Part shown: piece after piece, positions 19,589-29,344 of the stretch
Position numbering within the stretch: position 1 is the first letter of the stretch
Layout of the letters: each line of letters starts with the position of its first letter
DNA from: an uncultured virus (IMG/VR IMGVR_UViG_3300021446_000040)
Taxonomy: Duplodnaviria; Heunggongvirae; Uroviricota; Caudoviricetes
Strand: one strand, 5' to 3'
Length of the DNA stretch: 64,000 nucleotides
IMG/VR virus record: IMGVR_UViG_3300021446_000040
The notes under the pieces: model-generated
Databases searched by the model: none
The model's input: only the letters and a program-made list of their open reading frames with translations
Told to the model about the DNA's origin: nothing
Made by a program: the position numbers and the translations under genes

Positions 19589-19825
19589 TTAAACTTGTGC
19601 GTCCAAGTAGTCGAAAAGAAGCCAGGCCGTCGCCAGTGTGACAGCCGTCGCCAGCGTAAAGGACACGTTTTTGCTAAGGCCGATACCTTGGATCATGTTA
19701 CCAAGCGCGACAGACAGCGCGCCAAGCACGAACAGCGCGGCTGTCAACAGACCGCCGCCGATTAGGTCTAAGGTCGCTTGGTCTACCTTATTCGGGTCTT
19801 GCACATTTAGCGCGACGGCAGGCAC
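19589..19825 (-). CDS. Small membrane protein
   Basis: Two hydrophobic segments. Confidence 0.55.
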   Translation of the reverse strand: MPAVALNVQDPNKVDQATLDLIGGGLLTAALFVLGALSVALGNMIQGIGLSKNVSFTLATAVTLATAWLLFDYLDAQV

Positions 19826-19843
19826 ACTAAAAAGACTTACGAA

Positions 19844-20059
19844 CTACAGCCGTGCGACGAACCGATGTATTTCTACCGCAAACCCGGTCAACGCCATTGC
19901 CGCAACGATCATTAACATTAGCGCGACAAGTGAAAAGCTGGTAAGAACCATGTAAACGCCGAACACGAACGCGCTTACCAGCGCGGCGGCTAAGGACAGC
20001 AGAAACGCGAAAAAGAACAGTTGTTTGATCGTTCCCCAAACCGTGACTACCTGAAGCAT
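19844..20059 (-). CDS. Small membrane protein
   Basis: Two hydrophobic segments. Confidence 0.55.
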   Translation of the reverse strand: MLQVVTVWGTIKQLFFFAFLLSLAAALVSAFVFGVYMVLTSFSLVALMLMIVAAMALTGFAVEIHRFVARL

Positions 20060-20099
20060 ACCTTTTCTTCAGGCGGGTAGCGACAAAAGCTTTGCGCCG

Positions 20100-20975
20100 C
20101 TATCGATCGACTTCAAAGAAGCCGCCGCAGTCACACCATGCGATTTCAGTATCGTCGTATTCGCGCACGTCGTTAACGTCCGAACCGCAGTCGTCGCACA
20201 TTAGACTGTCAGCCGATCCAGTTGCGACGCTTGGGTTCGCTTCAAACATCGGGTCGTCCGCTATCCGGTCGCGGCTAACGATGCCAGGCGCGCCGCCTTT
20301 GTCCGGGCCATAACGGTATTCGGCGTCGTTGTTTGCATCCAGTTCCCGAACGAACAGACGCCCCGACCCGCAGGTATCACACGTCAGCTTGTCAACGTTC
20401 GTTTGTAGAAACCGGATCGTTTTCGTCCGGTTCTTTTGCCAAGACCGACCCCCGCACGCATGACAGCCATACACAAAGCGGAAGTCCCGGCCAGTATTGT
20501 ACTTATCCAGGTTCGTGCAACCGTGTGCTTTGCCAAGCCACACAAAGCGCGCCGTGTGACCCGCGATATGCCCGTGTAGGTACAGGTGTGCATGGATTAG
20601 CTCATGGCGCACGGTTTGGCAAACATCTTCCCACGTCTGTTGATAGTTCACAAGCTTCTTTCGAAGCAACCTGTGTTCCGTGATACCGACGCGGGCGACC
20701 CGGCGACCGTTTTCGATCTTGTACTTACAGACGCCAGCGCGTTTCGACGCGCGGCTATCACAGTAGAAGCGAACGTCCGACCATGGCACGTCTAACAGTT
20801 CGGTTTCGGAAAGGAACCACTTAGCATAGCGTTCCGCCGCTTTCCGCGCGCGTTTTGCGTCAGCGTCAGCGGGCGGGCGCGTCGCGTCAACATGGGCTTC
20901 TTCCCAATTTTTCGCGTCAGCGTATTCTTCGGGGCGCGTTTCGCCTTCGGACACGGCCAGCACGGTTTCGGCCAT
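20100..20975 (-). CDS. SprT-like zinc metalloprotease with Zn-ribbon tails
   Basis: RAGVC, TVRHELIHAHL, GHTARF and four CxxC/CxC pairs. Confidence 0.85.
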   Translation of the reverse strand: MAETVLAVSEGETRPEEYADAKNWEEAHVDATRPPADADAKRARKAAERYAKWFLSETELLDVPWSDVRFYCDSRASKRAGVCKYKIENGRRVARVGITEHRLLRKKLVNYQQTWEDVCQTVRHELIHAHLYLHGHIAGHTARFVWLGKAHGCTNLDKYNTGRDFRFVYGCHACGGRSWQKNRTKTIRFLQTNVDKLTCDTCGSGRLFVRELDANNDAEYRYGPDKGGAPGIVSRDRIADDPMFEANPSVATGSADSLMCDDCGSDVNDVREYDDTEIAWCDCGGFFEVDR

Positions 20976-21022
20976 TACAATTACCCCGAATAGCCGGATA
21001 CGTAAAAGGGCTACGATCGACG

Positions 21023-21382
21023 TTAGTCGTAGACTTCAGCCAGGTCGTCGTATATGTCCGTTTCGAAGCTAATGCTAACGTCGCCGTCGTTAAGCTGTGT
21101 TTGACGCATATCGCCAAGGGTTTGACCTGGATGTTCCCCGACTAACTGGCCTTTTGCAAGCGCCGCCGCCATAGCTTCGCCCATCGTATCGGACGTTTGG
21201 CGGACTTCAGATTCTATGTCCGACCCGTGCAAGACAATTACAACTTTTTGCTTACTTTCCCGGTACAGCCAGGTCTTTGTCTTGTCTTTCCTTGGATGTT
21301 CGAACCAGTTTAGCACCGGACCGCTGATTTCTTGTGGCACTGGCGACCTGGCGCTTTCGTATTCGACTGTCGCGGTTCGCAT
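21023..21382 (-). CDS. Hypothetical protein
   Basis: ATVEYES..EISGPV motif shared with neighbours; TTTTAT upstream. Confidence 0.6.
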   Translation of the reverse strand: MRTATVEYESARSPVPQEISGPVLNWFEHPRKDKTKTWLYRESKQKVVIVLHGSDIESEVRQTSDTMGEAMAAALAKGQLVGEHPGQTLGDMRQTQLNDGDVSISFETDIYDDLAEVYD

Positions 21383-21429
21383 AGCGTTTAGCGGTAATAA
21401 CGGGAAGAATAAAAGCGCGTCGGTCGCGG

Positions 21430-21840
21430 CTAATGAACGTAAGTCGTCCGGTCGCCGCGCGATATAGCGTCCGCGTAGATCGTAGTCGGGCCGTCGCCTG
21501 ATACCTTTTTGACCGTGACATTCGCCCCGGTCGGGTCTGAAACCCGGTCTGTAACACGCTTTCGCGTAAAGCCTTCGCAGGCGTCGCAAAAGTGGCCCTT
21601 GTCGAACAGTACAGCCTGTTCTTTTCGGCGCGCGCGTTTGACGTGCGAAGGGTATCCCGCGCCAAAGATCACTTCTATAACCGCCGCCGGCGCGCCTTCA
21701 AGTTCACCTGGATGCAACCACAGTTCGCTTCTATCGCCCTGAAGCTGTCGAACGTTGACCACTACACCGGCTTCCGATTTCCGGCTTCCGTTTGTATGGT
21801 CGTAGTGAACCGTTACCAGTTCGCCGTTGTTTACTTTCAT
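21430..21840 (-). CDS. Hypothetical protein (SH3-like start)
   Basis: GELVTVHY..EAGVV. Confidence 0.6.
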   Translation of the reverse strand: MKVNNGELVTVHYDHTNGSRKSEAGVVVNVRQLQGDRSELWLHPGELEGAPAAVIEVIFGAGYPSHVKRARRKEQAVLFDKGHFCDACEGFTRKRVTDRVSDPTGANVTVKKVSGDGPTTIYADAISRGDRTTYVH

Positions 21841-22247
21841 AGGTCGCTGTAGACACGGTTTCGGATCGACGGAAAAACCGAAACGATTAGTTCCGGTGTT
21901 TGTGAACTGCTAACAGCTTCCCACTTAACATTAGGCGCTTTTGCCGCGCCGCGTCGAACCCACTTTGCCGCTTCGCTTGAATCAAAGCGCTTGTCCGTCT
22001 TTTCAACGAACGAATCTACCAGTTCGCCGAAATGCGCCTGATAGACCGGCGCTTTGTTTTGCGAAACGTTGACCGGATGGAAAGTTAAGACCGTGTTTTG
22101 TGCGTGCCTATTTAGTGCCGATCGCGGCTGTCCTGCATGATCGATCGCTAAGACGTGTCCGGTTTTCTGTTCGCGCACGCCGGATACACCGCTGTTATAT
22201 TTCACGTTTACCAGGTCGCCCCATTCGATGTTTTCCGGGTCGGTCAT
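21837..22247 (-). CDS. Hypothetical protein (SH3-like start)
   Basis: GDLVNVKY..KTGHV; ATGA overlaps. Confidence 0.65.
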   Translation of the reverse strand: MTDPENIEWGDLVNVKYNSGVSGVREQKTGHVLAIDHAGQPRSALNRHAQNTVLTFHPVNVSQNKAPVYQAHFGELVDSFVEKTDKRFDSSEAAKWVRRGAAKAPNVKWEAVSSSQTPELIVSVFPSIRNRVYSDL

Positions 22248-22744
22248 GTTTGTCCCATGAACACGTACAGCGTCGGTGGATCAAGATACTGGATTTCAGC
22301 GCCGGCGTCGCGTAGCGCGTTGTTAAATTCCGTGCGGTCGCCGGTCGTAGGCATCGGGGAAAATTCGACCGCGATTCGTTCCCGGTCGTCTACGTTCCGC
22401 ACGTCGTTGACGCGAATGTTATCAACCATGCCAATACCGAACACGTCAGCCGCAACGTATTCGACAAGCGCTTGGGGCGCGTCCAAGCCCGGCGGTTCAT
22501 CGTCGCGGCGATCGACTTTCAGGCTTTCGAACGTGCCGGTCGGACCGCTAAGTGTGCCGTCCTGTTGCTGTTTAACGTAGACTTCGCCGCCGCGCGGCCC
22601 TTCAAGCCGGGCGTAAGGCAAAGCGTCGTCCGTATCCAGGTTGTTTAGCTCTTGAACAGTCAGCGGTTCCTTTCGTTCCGCGAACAGCACTTGGTCGCCC
22701 GATTCTAATTCGGCTACGTCCGCCGTTTCCATGGTTTGACCCAT
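22244..22744 (-). CDS. Hypothetical protein
   Basis: Acidic; LESGDQVLFAERKEPLTV..LEGPRGG. Confidence 0.7.
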   Translation of the reverse strand: MGQTMETADVAELESGDQVLFAERKEPLTVQELNNLDTDDALPYARLEGPRGGEVYVKQQQDGTLSGPTGTFESLKVDRRDDEPPGLDAPQALVEYVAADVFGIGMVDNIRVNDVRNVDDRERIAVEFSPMPTTGDRTEFNNALRDAGAEIQYLDPPTLYVFMGQT

Positions 22745-22776
22745 GTTTACCCGGATACACGGCGCGCTAAAAAGTG

Positions 22777-23322
22777 TTACGGGTCGGGCTTGTCCGGCGC
22801 TTCGATCCGTTCGACTTCCACAGACGACCGCCCGCGTTCTAAGCGAACCTGAAGCGTCGCCGGCAGGTAACACGGCGCGACGCACAGCACGCCGTTGTAG
22901 CCGCGCACACAGACAGGCGAAACGCCGTTGAACTGTGCCGTGTCCGCGCTGATAAAGACCCGTTCTGCGGCTACCAGGCCGGCCAGCGGGCGGTCTAACA
23001 CATACGCCGCCGTCGATATGTTTTCACGCATCAAAAACGTCGGCAGGGGCGCATGGTCGTCCGGTAGATCGCTTTCGACCGCGACACAAGTGAAACCAAT
23101 ATCGGCTTCTTCCGCCGTTACATACGCTGTATACATATCAGTCACCCGTGTTTCGTATGTACTAACGTTCGGCACGCCCTGTAAGTTATCGAACGCTACC
23201 GCCGTCGGCGCAAGCGCGAACTGGTTGCTGTCGTCTGTTACGACGCCGTGCGTGCTTTCCGTAACAGTCACGGACTTTTCATCTAACCGTCGAACCATTG
23301 CATCGAAGCTGTTGGGGTTCAT
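22777..23322 (-). CDS. Hypothetical protein, distant paralog of 25234-25743
   Basis: Ends SPV......CVAP..P......VEVERI. Confidence 0.65.
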   Translation of the reverse strand: MNPNSFDAMVRRLDEKSVTVTESTHGVVTDDSNQFALAPTAVAFDNLQGVPNVSTYETRVTDMYTAYVTAEEADIGFTCVAVESDLPDDHAPLPTFLMRENISTAAYVLDRPLAGLVAAERVFISADTAQFNGVSPVCVRGYNGVLCVAPCYLPATLQVRLERGRSSVEVERIEAPDKPDP

Positions 23323-23993
23323 AGTAGATCACCTGGCTGTAAGTCGGCCTGCGGTAGCCTTTCCATACACACGCGCATGGTTTGGTCGTAATACCCTTTC
23401 TTGCGACTGTACCGCTCCCCGTCCGGCGTGATTGTAATGTACCGATCGCTGTAGTCGTAGCGGTCGGATTTTACGAACCATTCAGGGTCTTCAAAAATCT
23501 CTTTGACGCGCGCCGGATCGATCCAGTACCTATCCGCTGTTTCGGCGATCGACAGCTTACAAATATCGTACACACGCCAAATCATGCCGGCGTAGTACGG
23601 ATATTTGCGCGGGGCGTACACGTCGATTGAACGCGACGCGACGCCTACTTTTTCAGTTACGTCGTGGTCGTCTGTGTGTCGCATTTCCCCGCGCGCTTCT
23701 ATCTGCCGGCGCGCTTCTTCGCCGTTGATTTCTTCGCCGTGCCAGTAGTACCATTCCTGTAGATCGGGAACCGTTACCGTACCCCACGGCGCTTCAAGGT
23801 TCGGCCCCAACTTGGTACAGAACATACAGCGCGCGATTTCTATTTCCCGCGCCAGTTCTTCGCCTTTCGTATTGTACGCAGTGTCGCGGTCGTTTACGGC
23901 TTCGCACTGCATTAGCAGTTCGGCGTTTCTATACGGATCGGACACAGGCGCGCTTTCATGGCCTGGATACTTTTCAAACGGCATGAACGACAA
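23319..23993 (-). CDS. Hypothetical protein with possible HTH
   Basis: LSIAETADRYWIDPARVKEI. Confidence 0.6.
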   Translation of the reverse strand: MSFMPFEKYPGHESAPVSDPYRNAELLMQCEAVNDRDTAYNTKGEELAREIEIARCMFCTKLGPNLEAPWGTVTVPDLQEWYYWHGEEINGEEARRQIEARGEMRHTDDHDVTEKVGVASRSIDVYAPRKYPYYAGMIWRVYDICKLSIAETADRYWIDPARVKEIFEDPEWFVKSDRYDYSDRYITITPDGERYSRKKGYYDQTMRVCMERLPQADLQPGDLL

Positions 23994-24039
23994 GACTGCC
24001 GGCGCGAAAATAAGACTTACGGAAGCGCGTTCGTAGGCC

Positions 24040-24279
24040 GTATCACTTTCCCGACAAGCGCAAAGGCTACAATCAGGCGGCGCTTGTCTAACAGTTGAAA
24101 GAAAAACCCGGCGCTGAAACAGCCCGCTGAAATCGTCCCCTATTGTAGAAGGGACTGAAATGTTTTTTAGGACAGAGATCGACTAAGACGGCCGATTAGA
24201 AATCGGGGGGTCACAACTGGCCGCGATTTTTCGGCGCGATTCAGGGCCGCTACGAACCCCTGTCTAATTTTTCTGACAC
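24040..24279 (+). repeat. Dispersed intergenic repeat, copy B
   Basis: 40-bp core at 24137-24176, CCGATT-AGA-AATCGG+GGGG, flanked by GTATCACTTTCCCGACA and TGTCTAATTTTTCTGACAC. Confidence 0.92.
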
Positions 24280-24353
24280 GGCCCCAAGCGATACAACCGT
24301 CACGCTTGTCTGATTGCTGATAATGCCGGAACCTTTTTGCACTGGCCGCGCCT

Positions 24354-24932
24354 GTGTATAGTATGAACAGGCGCGAACTACTGAAGCCCGACAAGAACGA
24401 ACCCCGCGAACCGTCTACGACCAAGCCGGTCCACGACGGCGCACGCTACGCCGAAGAACTACGCTATGAAACCGACGGCGTAGACCTGATTCGCGTTATT
24501 CAGGTCTTGCAAGAAGGCTTATCGCCCGAAACGTGGTCTTGGGAACCGGAACACGTCGCGGCCGCGTCGGATACAATCAGTGTCAGCACGGCCAACAGGT
24601 TTTCGAACCGCCTGGCCGCGAATGGCATGGTCAACATCATGCCGCGCAAAGGCCTACCGTCGTCCTGGCGCGCCGAACACACCTACGCGCTAACGGACGA
24701 AGGTAGGGATTTCGCCTGCTGTACCATGTACCGATACTACAAGACGATGAAAACCGACGTAACCGCTTACGGCTGTCCCGATCGGGAAGTCCTGATTCGC
24801 GCCTTCAACGAACACCTTGGCATGAACATCCAGCACGTTATGCGCCGGGTAACGCAAGAACAGTTCAAGAAACACTGCCGGCTAACACGCTTCGATATTC
24901 CGTCGCACATTTACGACGCTTACGGAATTTAG
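24354..24932 (+). CDS. Putative winged-helix DNA-binding protein
   Basis: ISVSTANRFSNRLAANGMV...YALTDEGRD. Confidence 0.6.
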   Translation: MYSMNRRELLKPDKNEPREPSTTKPVHDGARYAEELRYETDGVDLIRVIQVLQEGLSPETWSWEPEHVAAASDTISVSTANRFSNRLAANGMVNIMPRKGLPSSWRAEHTYALTDEGRDFACCTMYRYYKTMKTDVTAYGCPDREVLIRAFNEHLGMNIQHVMRRVTQEQFKKHCRLTRFDIPSHIYDAYGI

Positions 24933-24944
24933 CGGCGCGCGCCG

Positions 24945-25229
24945 CTAATAGAAGTCTTTTCTGCTGAAAACTATCGGATCGTACCCGACCCACATACCTG
25001 CCGGACAGTGCTTTTCGACAAGCTTTACCATGGCATCGTACAGGTCCGGGTAGGGAATACCAAGAATCCGCGCCCATTCAGTCAGCGCGTAGTCGTTTTG
25101 CGCCCGAAAGATCACTACGTCCTGGTTCTTGAACACAGGCGTACCGTACCGTTCGCGCACGCTTCGCGGCGTCGCGTCTACGTGGTCGCTTCGAATCCCG
25201 TTCGGCGTTAGTTCGTCGTTTTCTAACAT
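24945..25229 (-). CDS. Hypothetical protein
   Basis: Acidic ORF MLENDELTP..., continuing the operon. Confidence 0.6.
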   Translation of the reverse strand: MLENDELTPNGIRSDHVDATPRSVRERYGTPVFKNQDVVIFRAQNDYALTEWARILGIPYPDLYDAMVKLVEKHCPAGMWVGYDPIVFSRKDFY

Positions 25230-25233
25230 GGTA

Positions 25234-25743
25234 TCACCGCACCCGATCGACTTCAATGCCGTCGGCAGGCGGGGAAGTCGTCTGTACGCCTGCCGGGATA
25301 ATCGGCGCGACGAACATAGCCGCGTTCGGGTATTTGATAGCGACCGGCGAAGCGCCGTCAACCTGTGCGTATTCGTTGCTAACGAACATATGGCCGCGCC
25401 GCGCTAATTCGGCAAATTCGACGCCGATAATCGCGGCAATTTTAAAGCCAAAGTCCGTTTGAACGAAGGTCGGTACGCCGTTTTCGATGGGCGTTCGAAG
25501 CGCGAAAAGGTAGTGTTCGCTGTCCTTGTCGATGTTTTTAACGAAGGCTTCGCGCGCTTCATGCACCTGCGTCTGATATTGCATCGGATCGCTGTCTATA
25601 TCTTCGTGCGATCGTAGCGCTGTCATGCTTTCGGCCAGCGCGACACAGTTGTTTTCGGCGACGACTATGTTCGAACTTTCGCCTTGTCTACCGAACAGTT
25701 CTACGAACCGCATGGCCGCGCCCGCGAATGTCGTTCGGGACAT
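25234..25743 (-). CDS. Hypothetical protein
   Basis: Leaderless start after TTTTTAT..CCGCTGTTC..AATTGTAATG. Confidence 0.7.
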   Translation of the reverse strand: MSRTTFAGAAMRFVELFGRQGESSNIVVAENNCVALAESMTALRSHEDIDSDPMQYQTQVHEAREAFVKNIDKDSEHYLFALRTPIENGVPTFVQTDFGFKIAAIIGVEFAELARRGHMFVSNEYAQVDGASPVAIKYPNAAMFVAPIIPAGVQTTSPPADGIEVDRVR

Positions 25744-25788
25744 TACAATTGCCCGGAACAGCGGGCGGGATAAAAACCCGTCGATTTT

Positions 25789-26265
25789 CTACGAATACGT
25801 AGCGCCGGCGTCGCGGCGTTCAATCCCGGCACGTTCTAAGGCGTTATAGACTGTCGAAGCGGCGACGCCTAACTGTCGCGCGATTTCTATGCCGGACTGC
25901 TGTGGTTCTTCCACATACTGCCGGCGCAAGAAGTCAGCGTCCGCCAGCTTTTCGCCGGCTTCAATCCCACAAACCCTGTGGCCTTTGACGCCTATGCCGT
26001 GTTCATCCAGCTTCTTTTCGACAAGGGTATGACTAACGTCTAACATTTCGCCGATTTCCCGGTTCGTGTACCGTTCGGCTTTTTCGCGTAGCCATTCAGG
26101 GTCGTTCAACGCGGTTTCTTCAGCGTGTTCCCTGGTAATGTGCCGGTTGATCCGGCTAACGTGCGCCGGACCTTCCCCGCAGTGCGGACACACTTTCAGC
26201 GCCGGCGGTAGGTCGTTGCTGTTGTAGCTGTCCCACGAATCCGGCGCGTTTTCAGCGTCAATCAT
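25789..26265 (-). CDS. Zn-finger plus tandem HTH protein
   Basis: CPHC..H...H; TNREIGEMLDVSHTLV; SGIEIARQLGVAASTVYNALERAGIERR. Confidence 0.75.
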   Translation of the reverse strand: MIDAENAPDSWDSYNSNDLPPALKVCPHCGEGPAHVSRINRHITREHAEETALNDPEWLREKAERYTNREIGEMLDVSHTLVEKKLDEHGIGVKGHRVCGIEAGEKLADADFLRRQYVEEPQQSGIEIARQLGVAASTVYNALERAGIERRDAGATYS

Positions 26266-26539
26266 GGCTGTAAACCAACAGCAGGTTATCATGGGCGTGC
26301 GCCTTCAGTCCGCCGCGCGCGGCTAAGACGCCTTTGCGAAAGGTAACGCGGGCAACGCCGTTGATTTCTACGTGCTGGATACCGTTGAACGTTTTGCTGA
26401 AGCCCTTGTTTTCGGCGATAATTCGCGCGGTACTGCCTTGGTGCTTCAGCGCGGTGATAAAGTGGGTTTGGTCGCGGGTTTTTGCTTCCCACTGTGCTTC
26501 AGTTTCGACGCCTGCCGTTACTGCGGGCATTTCCGACAT
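26258..26539 (-). CDS. Hypothetical protein
   Basis: ORF overlapping the start of the next gene. Confidence 0.5.
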   Translation of the reverse strand: MSEMPAVTAGVETEAQWEAKTRDQTHFITALKHQGSTARIIAENKGFSKTFNGIQHVEINGVARVTFRKGVLAARGGLKAHAHDNLLLVYSHD

Positions 26540-26578
26540 ACCTGTTGCGAACAGCGCGCCGCTAAAAAGTGTTTTGCC

Positions 26579-27211
26579 TTATTCGCTGTCCGCCGGATGC
26601 AACCCAAGCCCCTTCGCCGCATGGTTTTCCCATTCAGGTGTGAACCACAAGCTTGCACCGTATGGGCCTTTTTTGCTTTCGATAGCGACGCCGTATTTCT
26701 TCAGGATATTCAGCGCGCGGTTTACGTCGCCGTTATTGATGCCTGTCGCGCTTGTGATCGCCGCCGCAGTGCTTGGCCCCTTTTCCAAGAAATCGCGCAC
26801 AGCGTCTATGCTGTCGTCTGATATGCGGTAATGGGCCGCGAACACGTCGGCGACTTCCCCGCGCGGTCCTTTGATGAACTGGTTTAGTTCTTCGATACAG
26901 TCCCAACTTTCCTGTACGTAGTAGGCCATGCGTCCCCCGTCCGGGTAGATGCTTGTCCGTTCTACGTACCCGCAGTAATGCAGGATATTTAGCACCCGCC
27001 TGGCGTCGCCTTCGGACACGTTACAATACGGATCACAGGAAACGCGGTGTGGATCGGTGTACTTTCGGTCGCTGTTGTCCGGGTCATAGGGTTCGGCGGC
27101 TAAACTTCCCAGGACTTCCCGCCCGATTCGTTCAAGCCGCGTTTCGTCCGGCGCGGGGTCTACGTCGGTTTCGTGCGTTCGGTGCCGCGTGCTTTGCATG
27201 GCTGTTGCCAT
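26579..27211 (-). CDS. Double winged-helix protein
   Basis: VSEGDARRVLNILHYCGYV and GINNGDVNRALNILKKYGVA. Confidence 0.65.
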   Translation of the reverse strand: MATAMQSTRHRTHETDVDPAPDETRLERIGREVLGSLAAEPYDPDNSDRKYTDPHRVSCDPYCNVSEGDARRVLNILHYCGYVERTSIYPDGGRMAYYVQESWDCIEELNQFIKGPRGEVADVFAAHYRISDDSIDAVRDFLEKGPSTAAAITSATGINNGDVNRALNILKKYGVAIESKKGPYGASLWFTPEWENHAAKGLGLHPADSE

Positions 27212-27292
27212 GTTTAGCGCGCCGTTCGGCGCGGTAATAAGACCTGCGTATTGCTAAGACTTATTGCTGTGCCGCTGTTCCGGCTAAATGCA

Positions 27293-27544
27293 ATGGCACT
27301 ACAAAGCCTGGAATGGTCGGACGATACCGAAGCCGACTTACCGCCGGTAGACGAACACGCCGATCAATACGCCGAATACGAAAGCGCTGAAGCCGACGGC
27401 TACCTGTTCACCGCGTGCCGGCGACAAGGCGATAACTACGTTAAACTGCGGATTGTCACCGACCAAAAAGAAGTGTACGGTTCGGCCTGCGTCAACATGA
27501 CACAGGCAAAAGGCCGCGCGGTTTGGTTCCTACACCGACACTAA
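27293..27544 (+). CDS. Small hypothetical protein, family of 8301-8621
   Basis: W...YAEYESAE..YLF..VKL..AKGRAVWFL; CCGCTGTTC..CTAAATGCAATG promoter module. Confidence 0.7.
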   Translation: MALQSLEWSDDTEADLPPVDEHADQYAEYESAEADGYLFTACRRQGDNYVKLRIVTDQKEVYGSACVNMTQAKGRAVWFLHRH

Positions 27545-27870
27545 CCGCCGAAAGCGTCGCCGGTTCGTTTCTTTGCCGGGCGGTCGGGGAAATCGTCTAC
27601 AAAGGCTTCGTACAGGCCCGCGTCGTCCGCGCGGCCAAGAATGTCATTTAGGTGCATAGCGGCCTTCAACCCATACCGCATATCCCTGTAGTCGGCCAGG
27701 TCGCTAAAGTTTAGTTCGACGTATTCGCCGGCGTCGTCTGATACCTGGCCGCTTGAAAAGGAAACGCCCCACTGTCGTAGCTGTTCTTCGGCGTCGTCCC
27801 ACTGCTGATAGCGGTCGCTTGTGGGATAAAGACGCGAAATAACGCGGCCTTCTACTGTGCGTTTGGTCAT
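27541..27870 (-). CDS. Hypothetical protein
   Basis: Acidic ORF. Confidence 0.6.
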   Translation of the reverse strand: MTKRTVEGRVISRLYPTSDRYQQWDDAEEQLRQWGVSFSSGQVSDDAGEYVELNFSDLADYRDMRYGLKAAMHLNDILGRADDAGLYEAFVDDFPDRPAKKRTGDAFGG

Positions 27871-27898
27871 AGTCAGCAACATATGACCAATTGGGTAC

Positions 27899-28144
27899 TT
27901 ACCCGTTAAAAATATCCATGTGAACGATCTTACTGCGTTCGCGTTCTAATTCAAACGCGCGTTCGTACAGGTCGTTTTCCGCAAATTCAGCGGCCAGGGC
28001 TTCCAAGATCACGCCGAACGACAGTTCTAAGTCCTGTTGATCCAGGTCGTCGCCTTCGGTCATTAGGTATTCGTTTTCGTCGCTGTACTTATACGCGGGA
28101 AAAGTCGGATCGGGAAGGTCCGATCGTTCCGCGTTCGTTGCCAT
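27899..28144 (-). CDS. Hypothetical protein
   Basis: Acidic ORF starting MATNAERS. Confidence 0.55.
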   Translation of the reverse strand: MATNAERSDLPDPTFPAYKYSDENEYLMTEGDDLDQQDLELSFGVILEALAAEFAENDLYERAFELERERSKIVHMDIFNG

Positions 28145-28313
28145 AAGATACCAGATTTCCGGGTCAACCTGGCATCCGGCGTAGCGTTGTGCGCGTTCCG
28201 TGTATGCGTATTCGTTTCGTAGCACAGTCGTATACAAGATAGCCGGGGTAAAAAGCGTTTTTTCCAACTACTTACACCGTAACACTTTATTATATCGCGG
28301 CGCAAGCCGCAGT

Positions 28314-28604
28314 ATGGCGCGACAGTATTACACACGCGGCTTAGAACACACCGACTATTTGGACGACGCGGGCGACGCACGCGCTGGCGACTACCTGGTT
28401 TTCGATCCGGTAGCCGGGCCGGTCGAAAGCGCGGAAATCATGGATGTTATGATCCATACGGAAGATGAACTAAACCAAACTGAAGTCGAACGCTTCGGCA
28501 ATATCAAAGCGCTTGGTTTTCAGTCGCCGTTTACAGGCGTGCCGTCGGTTTGCTTGCACCCGGATGTAAACGTTAATCAGCGCGTAGTCGCCGTTAGAAA
28601 CTAA
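28314..28604 (+). CDS. Hypothetical protein
   Basis: TTTATTATA ~25 nt upstream of the ATG. Confidence 0.65.
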   Translation: MARQYYTRGLEHTDYLDDAGDARAGDYLVFDPVAGPVESAEIMDVMIHTEDELNQTEVERFGNIKALGFQSPFTGVPSVCLHPDVNVNQRVVAVRN

Positions 28605-29302
28605 TGTCAGAACGCGGAAAGCGACCGATCGAACTTCCGGGCGACCCGCCTGAAGCCATACGGGGCGCTATTCCCAAGCTTCGCGCCGCATATGGCTTGG
28701 ACGCAGAACTTACCGGCGACGGCCTGGTAACGACGAACGACCGCCGGCTAACGGCAGGCACGCGCCAGGGGTTCGCACAAGCGCGCGGCGTAAAGATCGG
28801 ACAGTTCGATACGCCGGCGACAGTAGCGGCGCTTCAGTCGCCGAACGTCTACGAATTTAGTCCGGCGGACAGCGAAGCCGCCGATGAAACCGAAACCGTT
28901 TACGTCGCGCTTTCGGTCGCCGATCGCTTGGAAACAGTGATCGAAAACAGTATAGACGCGCTGAATGAAGGGTCGTTCTTTTGGATGAACCTGGATATGG
29001 TTGAAGCCGATCGGGGCTATCCGGTCGCCGTGTCCCTGGCCGAAAACGAACCGACTATCAGGGAAGATGTACGGGAAGTCGGGCTAACTGAAAGTCACCT
29101 AAACGAACCATGGGCGCTGTTGCCCGCACTTTCGGATACAGACCGGCTACCGGACGACCCGGAACGCGAACCAGGCCGCGCGGATACCTACACGCGCCAG
29201 GGGCTTTTGACCGAAACGAACTGGCGCGAAAAGTACCAGGACGCTATACCGGACGACGCGCCTGTTCCGACCGACGCCCCGGCTAATTTCGGTGAACAGT
29301 AA
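28604..29302 (+). CDS. Hypothetical protein
   Basis: 232-aa acidic ORF; TAATG overlap. Confidence 0.7.
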   Translation: MSERGKRPIELPGDPPEAIRGAIPKLRAAYGLDAELTGDGLVTTNDRRLTAGTRQGFAQARGVKIGQFDTPATVAALQSPNVYEFSPADSEAADETETVYVALSVADRLETVIENSIDALNEGSFFWMNLDMVEADRGYPVAVSLAENEPTIREDVREVGLTESHLNEPWALLPALSDTDRLPDDPEREPGRADTYTRQGLLTETNWREKYQDAIPDDAPVPTDAPANFGEQ

Positions 29303-29344
29303 ACCGTGTCGTTTATATGTATGGGGGTATTCTACCTAAATGCA

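Noticed and set aside
24126..24176. Repeat core as a CRISPR array (GGGACTGAAA resembles type I-D repeat ends)
   Set aside because: Copies are more than 10 kb apart, conservation extends far beyond a repeat length, and there are no spacers.
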